Made by a program: the position numbers and the translations under genes
Notes under the pieces: model-generated
The model's database searches: none
What the model saw: the letters and a program-made list of their open reading frames with translations, nothing else
What the model was told of the DNA's origin: nothing
DNA from: an uncultured Gemmatimonadales bacterium
Lineage (GTDB): Bacteria; Gemmatimonadota; Gemmatimonadetes; Longimicrobiales; RSA9
DNA: 64,000 nt
Assembly (NCBI GenBank): GCA_963708135.1
Contig: OY970192.1
Coordinates: forward strand, 3,136,001 to 3,200,000
Direction of reading: 5' to 3'
Part shown: piece by piece, positions 20,177 through 28,334 of the stretch
How positions within the stretch are numbered: the first letter of the stretch is position 1
Layout: each line of letters begins with the position of its first letter

Positions 20177-20605
20177 TCACGGGCCGCCCTCCTCCAGCAG
20201 CGCGTCGATCTCGCGCAGGCGGGCCGCGGTCTCCGGCAGCTCGACCAGGGGGACGGCGCCGGAGGCGAGGGCGCCGTAGAGGAAGCGCGCGCGGGCGAGG
20301 AGGCTCGCGGCCGCCGTGTCGTCGCCTGAGAGGTGCGCCTCCAGGCCTTCGAGGTAGAAGCACTCGGCGAGGAACCAGCACCGCGTGGGATCCGCCTGCG
20401 GACCGGAGCCGACGAGCAGGAGCAGCGTCTCGGGGGTGACGCGGCGGGCGAGCTCCAGGTCCACGCCCGCGGCCTCGGCCGCGGCGTGCAGGTCGCGCCG
20501 CACCGCTTCGCGCGTGGTGGCGCCCCCGAGGAGGCGGGCACGCACCGCCGCCAGGATCCGCCCCAGCCGCTCGATCTCCCTCAGAATGAAGTCGCGCTGC
20601 GGCAT
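20177..20605 (-). CDS. Hypothetical helical protein
   Basis: MPQRDFILREIERLGRILAA N-terminus; coding-like composition. Confidence 0.7.
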   Translation of the reverse strand: MPQRDFILREIERLGRILAAVRARLLGGATTREAVRRDLHAAAEAAGVDLELARRVTPETLLLLVGSGPQADPTRCWFLAECFYLEGLEAHLSGDDTAAASLLARARFLYGALASGAVPLVELPETAARLREIDALLEEGGP

Positions 20606-20803
20606 CGGCGCTCCGGCATGAGGTCGGTGAAGCCGCCCGAAAAATGGAAGGTGCAGCTACCCCCGACCGCCGCGCCAGGATGCGGGCGCTCCGGCGGACC
20701 GGCGGCAGCGGGTTTCGCGGGCCGAGAGGCCCCTGGCCCAACTCCTCACCGCCCACGATCTTTCCCTTAGGCCAACCCCCCCGTGCAACCCGGAGCCCAG
20801 CCA

Positions 20804-21490
20804 ATGTCCAAGGCCGCCTGCGTCCCCGTACTCCGTGCCGCCCTCCGTCGGCGCGCCGCCCTGGCGCACCGCGCCGCGGGCGTCCTCGCGCCCGTCCGCC
20901 GCCGCGCCGCCGCGGCCGCCCTGGCCGCGGCCGTCCTCGGTCCCGCGTCCGTCCGCGCCCAGGCGCCTCCGCCCGTCCAGCAGATCGCCGCGGCCGTGCT
21001 CGCGGCGCCCGAGCCGATGCGTGCGGGCGCGGCCGTCCTCGGCTGGACCGACGACGGCCGCGTGGTCACGCTCCGGCGGGGCACGAACGCGCTGGTCTGC
21101 CTGGCGGACGACCCGCGTGACCGCTACTGGAGCGTGGCCTGCTACCACCGCTCGCTCGAGCCGTTCATGGCGCGTGGCCGCGAGCTGCTGCGGCAGGGCA
21201 TCAAGGGGAAGGAGCGCGAGGAGGTGCGCTGGAAGGAGGTGCGCGAGGGGAAGCTGAAGCTGCCGTACGGCCGCATCCTCTACGTGCTCGACGGCAAGGG
21301 CTACGATCCGGCCACGAAGACGGTGGACCAACCCTACCTGCGCTGGGTGATCTACACGCCCGGCGCCACCACGGAGTTGACCGGCATCGCCACGGCGGCC
21401 CGCGAGCCGGGCGAGCCCTGGCTCATGTTCCCTGGCACCGTCGGCGCCCACATCATGATCACGCCGCCGCGTGCCGGCGCGGAGCCGTAG
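20804..21490 (+). CDS. Hypothetical secreted protein
   Basis: Signal ending VRAQ; QIAAAVLAAP, GTNALVCLADDP, VACYH, PWLMFPGTVGAHIMI; start uncertain. Confidence 0.75.
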   Translation: MSKAACVPVLRAALRRRAALAHRAAGVLAPVRRRAAAAALAAAVLGPASVRAQAPPPVQQIAAAVLAAPEPMRAGAAVLGWTDDGRVVTLRRGTNALVCLADDPRDRYWSVACYHRSLEPFMARGRELLRQGIKGKEREEVRWKEVREGKLKLPYGRILYVLDGKGYDPATKTVDQPYLRWVIYTPGATTELTGIATAAREPGEPWLMFPGTVGAHIMITPPRAGAEP

Positions 21491-21625
21491 GGCGCGGCGC
21501 GATCTTGCGGCCGCACGCGCCCGGGAGCCATTCTCCGGCCGAGGAAGCGGTGTGCGCGCGGCGATCGCGCGTGCGGCGCCCGCCCGGCTCGACCCCGCTC
21601 CCGCTCGGCGAGGAGGCATGCCAGC

Positions 21626-22384
21626 ATGCGACCGCGAGACAGAATGCGCACGCGCGCGCTCACCCTGGCGGCGCTCGGAGTCGTGGGCCTCGGGGCGGCG
21701 CCCTTCAGGCTCGACGCCCAGGCGACGCCCCACCCGGTCCACGTGACCGGCAACCTCGGGTTCGTCAACGCCTCCGGCAACACGGAGCTGACAACGCTCA
21801 GCGCCGATGAGAAGCTCGCGGCCGTCTCGCGCGACTCCCTCTGGAAATTCGAGCAGACCGCGGCCGCGGTGTACGGCCGCTCCCGGGATTCGACCACGGC
21901 CGGCGCCTACGCCGCGGGCGCGCGACTGGACCGGATGCTCTCGCGCCGGCTCGGCGTCTTCGCGGGCGGGACGTGGCAGCGGAACCGGTTCGCGGGGATC
22001 GCCCGGCGCTTCGAGGAGCTGCTCGGCCTGTCCTACGACCTGCTGGCCGGCGCTCGCAACACGCTCGAGGTGGAGGTCGGCACGGCCTTCACGCAGCAGC
22101 GGAGCACGACCGGGCTGGACGAGAGCTTCGTGGCCGGCCGGTTCGCGGGCACGTACAAGCACATGCTCACGGACAAGGCCTTCGTCGCGGAGGCGGCCGA
22201 GATCCTCCCCAACCTCGAGACCCGCGCGGACTACCGGATCAACTCGGAGACCTCGCTCGTGGCCCCGCTGTCCACGGCCATCGCGCTCCGGCTGTCCTAC
22301 ACCGTCCACTTCGACAACCTGCCGGAGCCGGGCTTCGAGAAGACGGACCGGATCCTGAGCTCGGGCATCCAGGTCACGTTCTAG
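21626..22384 (+). CDS. DUF481-type outer-membrane beta-barrel protein
   Basis: Signal peptide; LGFVNASGNT, amphipathic strands, C-terminal Phe (QVTF). Confidence 0.85.
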   Translation: MRPRDRMRTRALTLAALGVVGLGAAPFRLDAQATPHPVHVTGNLGFVNASGNTELTTLSADEKLAAVSRDSLWKFEQTAAAVYGRSRDSTTAGAYAAGARLDRMLSRRLGVFAGGTWQRNRFAGIARRFEELLGLSYDLLAGARNTLEVEVGTAFTQQRSTTGLDESFVAGRFAGTYKHMLTDKAFVAEAAEILPNLETRADYRINSETSLVAPLSTAIALRLSYTVHFDNLPEPGFEKTDRILSSGIQVTF

Positions 22385-22387
22385 CGA

Positions 22388-22620
22388 GTGGCCCGTATCC
22401 CTCGTCGCCAGGGGGCAGGCTCGTTCCTCAAGCAGCTCGTGCGACGCCGCGTGTTTGCGGCCCGCTCGCTCCGCGACGCCGAGCCCGCCGCGGCCGCGCG
22501 CGCGCTGCCCGCCCGCGCTCCCGGCCGCGCGGCCGTGGCCGTCATGCCGTTCAAGGAGCGGGGGCCGCGCCTGCGCGAGATCGGCGCGAGGCTGGGGGCG
22601 ACGGCGGTAGTGGATGGAGC
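22388..22620 (+). pseudogene. Collapsed remnant of a TolB-N/TPR membrane protein gene
   Basis: FLKQLVRRRVF...AVAVMPFKERGPRLREIGARLGATAVVDG matches separate blocks of the intact paralogs at 58355 and 23886. Confidence 0.6.
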
Positions 22621-22762
22621 GTGCGGCGCGCGGGGACCGGGGGCGCATCGTCGCCCACGCCCCGCCGGCCCCCCGCGGGAGCGGCCCGAGCGCCACCGTC
22701 CCTGCCGGAGCCGGCTCGGAAGCCGCGACCGGCCGGGGCTCACTCCGGCCGGTCCGGCCAGC

Positions 22763-23053
22763 TCAGGCGCCGACCGTCGCCTCCTCGGCCGTCACCGGCT
22801 CGATCATGCGGTGCACGCGCGCGATCACGTCGGCGGGGAAGCCGCCCTCGCGGGCGTGCCTCAGCACCATCTCCTCGTCGGGCGCCACGTAGATGCAGTA
22901 GATCTTGTCGTCCGTGACGTAGCTGTGGACCCACTGGATCCTGGGACCGAGCTCGTTCAGCACGCCGCACGAGCGCTGCGAGATGGCCGCGAGCTGCTCC
23001 GCCGACAGCTGGCCGGCGCCCGGCAGGTCCCGCTCGATGATGTACTTGGGCAT
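22763..23053 (-). CDS. DUF4242 domain protein
   Basis: MPKYIIERDLPGAG, IQWVHSYVTDDKIYCIYVAP, HAREGGFPAD. Confidence 0.92.
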   Translation of the reverse strand: MPKYIIERDLPGAGQLSAEQLAAISQRSCGVLNELGPRIQWVHSYVTDDKIYCIYVAPDEEMVLRHAREGGFPADVIARVHRMIEPVTAEEATVGA

Positions 23054-23078
23054 GGTACTCTCCTGGTTCGGGTCGAGG

Positions 23079-23759
23079 TCACTGGGAGGCGCCGAGGTGC
23101 GTCACATCGCTGCCCGCATACTGGCAGGTCACGGTGGGATTCCAGTCGCTGAAGACGCCGCTCGGGTTCTCCTGCCACACCCACGCGTGCAGCCCCCAGA
23201 TGCCGAAGGCGTCGTTGTGGTGGAAGGGGACACCGCCGAACAGGGTAGGCGCCGGATCGGTGGCCGGCACGAGCGTGTAGGGGATGATGTACTCGACGCC
23301 CACCAGCTGCATGCGCCCGTTCTTCTGCGGCGCGTACATGAGCAGCTCGGGCTTGCGCGCGTCCGGCACGGGGTCGTTGACGTAGGTCGGGTTGCCGTAG
23401 TGGTAGCCCATGGTGCCGGCCGGCAGGTTGTCCATGCAGTTGGTGACCTCCACCGTCCAGCCCGCGTCCTGCGCCGCCTGGAAGTCGTGGAAGCGCGCCG
23501 TCACCTGCCGCAGCGCGGCCAGGTCGCGGTTGGCTGTGGCCGACCCGCCGCTGCTGCCCATGTCGAACGCCACCTGCCCGGCGGGGCCCCGCTGCGCCGC
23601 GGGCGCGTCGATCGGCTGGTCGCACGCGGCCGCCAGCAGGAGCGCCAGCGCGCCGGCCGCTCCGGCCCGCGCGATCCGCCCGGCCGCTGCGCCCGCCCGG
23701 CCGCTGCCCCCCGCGCGCCGCCCCGCGGCCGTCTCCCGATCCAGCATTCTCGATTCCAT
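23079..23759 (-). CDS. Hypothetical lipoprotein
   Basis: GGGGAGG RBS; lipobox LAAAC; TARFHD, GTMGYHY, PELLMY, LVGVEY, WGLHAWVWQENPSGVFSDWNP. Confidence 0.8.
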   Translation of the reverse strand: MESRMLDRETAAGRRAGGSGRAGAAAGRIARAGAAGALALLLAAACDQPIDAPAAQRGPAGQVAFDMGSSGGSATANRDLAALRQVTARFHDFQAAQDAGWTVEVTNCMDNLPAGTMGYHYGNPTYVNDPVPDARKPELLMYAPQKNGRMQLVGVEYIIPYTLVPATDPAPTLFGGVPFHHNDAFGIWGLHAWVWQENPSGVFSDWNPTVTCQYAGSDVTHLGASQ

Positions 23760-23885
23760 CACAAGACCTCCCCATGGTTGAAGGATGAGGGACCACTTGC
23801 CGTCCCTCTGCGTCGCGCTGCACATTGCAGCCGCGCCATCGCCCGGCTGTCGTCCCGTTCTCGCCACCCTCTCGCCCATGGCATC

Positions 23886-26132
23886 TTGTTTCGGCTCAAG
23901 CTCTTCGGCAGCGCCACCATCGAGGGCCCCGACGGCCCGCTGAGTGGCCGGCCCGTGCAGCGGCGGCGGCTCGCGCTGCTGGCGCTCCTCGGCCTGGCCC
24001 GCCAGCGCGGGCTCACGCGCGACAAGCTGATCGGCTATCTCTGGCCGGATGCCGACCCGGAGCGGGCTCGCCGTCTGCTCTCGGACTCGGTCTACCGGAT
24101 CAACCAGGCGGTGGGCGGCGAGGCCATCGTCGCCTTCGGGGACGACCTCCGGCTCGATCCCGAGCGGCTGCCCAGCGATGCATGGGAGTTCCTCGAGGCG
24201 CTCGAGCGAGGCGAGTGGCGGCGCGTCACCGAGGTCTACGTGGCGCCGTTCCTGGACGGCTTCTTCCTGACCGGCGCGGACGAGCTCGAGCGGTGGGTGG
24301 ACGCGCAGCGCGAGCGGCTGGCGCGCGAGCGCGGGCGCGCGCTCGAGGCGCTCGCGGAGGCGGCCGAGCGCGACCGCGACACTGGCGAGGCCGTCCGCTG
24401 GTGGCGCATGCTGGCGGCTCAGGATCCCTACAGCTCGCGGGTGGCGCTGCGACTGATGCGGGCGCTGGATGCGGACGGCGATGCGGCGGCGGCGCTCCGG
24501 CACGCGCGCGTGCATTCGCTCATGCTGAAGGAGGAGCTCGGCCTCGAGCCGGATGCCGAGCTGCTGGCTTTCGTCGAGGCGCTGCGGGCCGCGCCGCGGG
24601 CGGGCGTGCCGGCCGGCGACGAGGCCCGCGCCGCCCGCGCGGATGCCGCCGCACTCGCCGGGACGCCGCCGGTGCGGCCCGCCTCAGCCTCCGCCGCCGC
24701 GCCGATGGCCGTGCCCACCGGCGCAGATTCCCCCTCGCCCAGGCCACCGGCCGGCCCCGCCGGGCACACGGTTGCCGTGCTGCCGTTCGTGAACCTGAGC
24801 GCGGATCCGGAGAACGAGTACTTCGCCGACGGGATCACGGAAGATGTGATCGCCCACCTGTCGAGGATCGGCGCGCTGAGCGTGATCTCGCGCGCCTCGA
24901 GCATGCGCTTCAAGGACCGGGAGCAGAGCCCCCGCGAGATCGGGGCGGCGCTCGGGGCGGCCACCCTCCTGGCCGGGAGCGTGCGGCGCGCCGGGGACCG
25001 GGTGCGCATCGTCGCCCAGCTCGTGGATGCGGAGACCGGCCGCTGCCTCTGGGCGGAGACCTACGACCGGCGGCTCACCGATGTGTTCGCGATCCAGACG
25101 GACGTGGCGCTCCGGATCGCCGAGACCCTGCGCGCGCAGCTTTCGGCCGACGAGCGGGCGCGGATCCGGAAGGAGCCGACGCGCGACCTGCAGGCCTACC
25201 AGCTCTACCTCCAGGGCCGGATCTGCTTCGTCCACTTCACCGAAGAAGGACTGCGCGGGGGGATCGACTACTTCGAGCGGGCCATCGAGCGGGACCCGGG
25301 CTATGGCCCGGCCTACGTCGGGATTGCGATGGCGTACGCCGAGCTGGGGGAGACCGGGATGCTGGAGCCGGGCGAGGCATACCGGCGGGCCAGCGAGGCG
25401 GCCGCGAAGGGCCTCGCCCTCGACGATGGGCTGGCCGAGGCGCACTGCGTTCTCGGCCAGCTCAAGGTCGTGTCGGCCTTCGACTGGCCGGGCGCCGAGC
25501 GCGAGTTCCGGCGCGCCCTCGAGCTGAGCCCCAGCAGCGCCGATACGTGGGACCTCTACGGGCGTATGGCCTCATCCCTCGGCCGGCACGAGGAGGCCGT
25601 CGCGATGGAGAGTCGAGCGCAGGAGCTCGACCCGCTGGCGCACCGGGCGGACTTCGCCACCGCCCTGATCCGCGCCGGCCGCTACGAGGAAGCGCTCGAG
25701 GCGGCCCGGCGCACCATCGAGCTCGACCCCCGCTACGACCGGGGGCACGCCACCCTCGGCTGGGCCTACCTGAAGAACGGGCTGCCGGAAGAAGGCCTGG
25801 CGGAGCTGGAGAGGGCGGTCGCGCTGTCGCCGGAGAATGCCGCCTGGCTCGCGCAGCTCGGGCAGGCGTACGGCATGGTGGGGAGGACCGAGCAGGCGCG
25901 CGAGGCCCTCGGCCGGCTGGAGGCGATGGCCCGCGAGCGCTACGTCTCGCCGTACCACATGGCCTACATCTACACGGGCCTCGGCGAGGCGGATCGCGCC
26001 GTCGAAGCACTCGAGCGCGCCTACGAGGAGCGGGCCGGTGGGGTCTACGGCATCAAGGGCTCGTTCCTCTTCACGACCCTCCACTCCCACCCCGGCTTCC
26101 AGGCCCTGCTCCGGCGCATGAACCTGGCCTGA
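23886..26132 (+). CDS. BTAD/SARP-type transcriptional regulator with TolB-N-like and TPR domains
   Basis: TTG start (MFRLKLFG); LALLALL, LTRDKLIGYLWPD, DPYS, VAVLPFVNLS..EYFADGITED, WAETYDR, TPR repeats. Confidence 0.9.
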   Translation: MFRLKLFGSATIEGPDGPLSGRPVQRRRLALLALLGLARQRGLTRDKLIGYLWPDADPERARRLLSDSVYRINQAVGGEAIVAFGDDLRLDPERLPSDAWEFLEALERGEWRRVTEVYVAPFLDGFFLTGADELERWVDAQRERLARERGRALEALAEAAERDRDTGEAVRWWRMLAAQDPYSSRVALRLMRALDADGDAAAALRHARVHSLMLKEELGLEPDAELLAFVEALRAAPRAGVPAGDEARAARADAAALAGTPPVRPASASAAAPMAVPTGADSPSPRPPAGPAGHTVAVLPFVNLSADPENEYFADGITEDVIAHLSRIGALSVISRASSMRFKDREQSPREIGAALGAATLLAGSVRRAGDRVRIVAQLVDAETGRCLWAETYDRRLTDVFAIQTDVALRIAETLRAQLSADERARIRKEPTRDLQAYQLYLQGRICFVHFTEEGLRGGIDYFERAIERDPGYGPAYVGIAMAYAELGETGMLEPGEAYRRASEAAAKGLALDDGLAEAHCVLGQLKVVSAFDWPGAEREFRRALELSPSSADTWDLYGRMASSLGRHEEAVAMESRAQELDPLAHRADFATALIRAGRYEEALEAARRTIELDPRYDRGHATLGWAYLKNGLPEEGLAELERAVALSPENAAWLAQLGQAYGMVGRTEQAREALGRLEAMARERYVSPYHMAYIYTGLGEADRAVEALERAYEERAGGVYGIKGSFLFTTLHSHPGFQALLRRMNLA

Positions 26133-26147
26133 GGGCTGTCCGGCTGC

Positions 26148-26289
26148 CTCGCGGCGCGATAAGGATCGCGCAATGGGCGGGCGCCGAATCGCACCCACCC
26201 TCGCGGCGCGATAAAGATCGCGCAATGGGCGGGCGCCGAACCGCACGCACCCACGCGGCGCGATAAAGATCGCGCAATGGGCGGGCGCC
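26148..26289. repeat. Array A: ~3 x 52-bp tandem repeat with a GCGCGAT-N4-ATCGCGC hairpin
   Basis: Units start at 26148, 26200, 26252: ctcgcggcgcgataa(g/a)gatcgcgcaatgggcgggcgccgaa... Confidence 0.95.
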
Positions 26290-26495
26290 ACGCCGTCCAG
26301 ATCCGGAATCATCTCGGAAACCGGGCAAGATCGCGGGCGCGGCGTCGCCGAGAGGCGGCGGGTGCGCCTTTCTTCTCGAATCCCGATCAAGAAGGCGGTC
26401 GCGATCCTCGCGGCGAGGTCCGCTCGCCGATCCTGCTCGCCGCCCGCCGCGCGGATCGGCTGTCCGTCGCGCCCGCGCGGGCGAACCCGCGACGG
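26290..26495. repeat. ~200-bp segment, copy 1 of a long direct repeat flanking the DUF559 gene
   Basis: Near-identical to 27857-28059. Confidence 0.95.
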
Positions 26496-26549
26496 CGGCC
26501 CGATCGGAGGTTCATCCCGCGGTGCCGGCGGCCGGGCCTGACGGGCGGC

Positions 26550-27494
26550 CTATGCCCGATGTGCGCGGTGCCGGGGGGCGGCTGCCTTGCGCGCCCCCGC
26601 CAGGGCGAGAATCTGGCCGATCTCGACGGCCACGGCGGTGGGCTCTCGCGTGAGCCGTCGCCAGCTCACGCGGATGACCTCGATGCCGCGGGCGCGCAGC
26701 CACGCGTCCTTGCGGCGGTCGCCCTCGAACCGGGCCCGGGACGAATGGTGCTGCCAGCCGTCGATCTCGATAGCGACCCCCTCCCGGGGCCATAGGCCGT
26801 CCACCTCGTAGGGCCCGATCGCCACGTTGAGGTGCGGGCGCGCCAGGTGGCCGACGCGCACGAGGTCCTGGAGACGCTCCTCGGCTCCGGAGCGCGTGAA
26901 CGCCGGGCCGTCCAGATCACCGAGAACGTCCCGGAGCGCCGCCATGCCCGGGCGCCCCCGGTATCGCGCCGGCAGGCGGGCGAGCTCGTCGCTCGTGATC
27001 AGTTTCTGCCGCTCCGCGACGGCCACGCTCTGCTCGATCTCGCGTCGCCCGAGGAGAGCCGCGATGTCCACCAGCGTGCGGCCGGGGGACGTGACCGGAA
27101 TGCCTTCGGCGACGGCGCGCTCGTCCTCCGCCAGCGCCTTCACGTGGTGCAGCCGGATCCCGGCGCGGCCCGCGTGCGCGCTTCGGAAGACGCTGACATC
27201 GAGGGGCCCCGGGCGTTCGGGGCGCGGTCGCACGCCCAGCAACACCGCGCCGGAGAGGTGGCTGAGCAGCGCCCCCGTGCCGCCCGCCAGGACGGCCGCC
27301 ATCTCGGCCGCATGAGGCGCCTCGAACGGTCCAATGAGGTAGACCCCGCTGTGAAGCGGCCGGAATCGGCGGGACTGCATCCGACGACCGATCGCCGCGG
27401 AGGAGAGGCCTGCCCGGAGGAGCTGCGCCCGGCTCACCACGCCGTGCTGCGAGGCGGCCAGCGCCATGACGCGCTCTTCGGTCTCGATATCCAT
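26550..27494 (-). CDS. AbiEi-family N-terminal wHTH + DUF559 (Vsr-like endonuclease) protein, copy 1
   Basis: QHGVVSRAQL, LHSGVY, LSHLSG, IPVTSPGRTLVD, TRSGAE, YEVDGLW, IEIDGWQHH, DRRKD. Confidence 0.9.
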   Translation of the reverse strand: MDIETEERVMALAASQHGVVSRAQLLRAGLSSAAIGRRMQSRRFRPLHSGVYLIGPFEAPHAAEMAAVLAGGTGALLSHLSGAVLLGVRPRPERPGPLDVSVFRSAHAGRAGIRLHHVKALAEDERAVAEGIPVTSPGRTLVDIAALLGRREIEQSVAVAERQKLITSDELARLPARYRGRPGMAALRDVLGDLDGPAFTRSGAEERLQDLVRVGHLARPHLNVAIGPYEVDGLWPREGVAIEIDGWQHHSSRARFEGDRRKDAWLRARGIEVIRVSWRRLTREPTAVAVEIGQILALAGARKAAAPRHRAHRA

Positions 27495-27656
27495 GGCTCA
27501 CACCCGCAGGGTTGCCCGGTGGCTCGGACCGCCCGCACCAGCCCGGCGCGATGTGCGACTGGGTCCGGTGCGGCCGGTGGGGCCCATGATCGCCCGGAAC
27601 GCGGGGCAACCCCATGGCAGGATGCGCCGCGGACCCGCCGGCCGGCCACGAAGCCA

Positions 27657-27856
27657 CTCGCGGCGCGATAAGGATCGCGCAACGGACGGGCGCCACGCCG
27701 CAGGCACCCACTCGCGGCCCGATAGGGATCGCGCAACGGACGGGCGCCACGCCGCAGGCACCCACTCGCGGCCCGATAAGGATCGCGCAACGGACGGGCG
27801 CCACGCCGCAGGCACCCACTCGCGGCCCGATAAGGATCGCGCAACGGACGGGCGCC
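27657..27856. repeat. Array B: ~4 x 54-bp tandem repeat, same family and orientation as array A
   Basis: Units start at 27657, 27711, 27765, 27819: ctcgcggc(g/c)cgataaggatcgcgcaacggacgggcgccacgccgcaggcaccca. Confidence 0.95.
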
Positions 27857-28059
27857 ACGCCGTCCAGATCCCGGATCATCTCGGAAACCGGGCAAGATCG
27901 CGGGCGCGGCGTCGCCGAGAGGCGGCGGATGCGCCTTTCTTCTCGAATCCCGATCAAGAAGGCGGTTGCGATCCTCGCGGCGAGGTCCGCTCGCCGATCC
28001 TGCTCGCCCGCCGCGCGGATCGGCCGTCCCTCGCGCCGCCGCGGGCGAACCCGCGACGG
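27857..28059. repeat. ~200-bp segment, copy 2 of the long direct repeat
   Basis: acgccgtccagatcc...gcgaacccgcgacgg, matches 26290-26495. Confidence 0.95.
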
Positions 28060-28334
28060 GGCAGCGGTCCGGAGCCAGGCGCCAGGTCCTTCCGGCGGCG
28101 AAGGCGCTCCGGCCTGTAGGTCGCCCCCCCGGGCTGGCGGCGCGGGCCGGCCGACCGTAGAACTCCTGCGGAAGCCACCGCGCCGATCCGGTCCGCACCC
28201 CCTCCGAACAGGAGACCGGCATGCTCGTGAGGCACGGGGCGTGGTGGGGCTCGGTTGGGGGGGCGCGCCCGCGCGGCCTGGCGGCGAACGGCGGACGAGC
28301 GCACGACACCTGCGACCCCGGAGAGGAGACCGGC

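Noticed and set aside
26148..27856. Arrays A and B as CRISPR arrays
   Set aside because: There are no unique spacers (inter-hairpin segments are near-identical) and no cas genes in the window.
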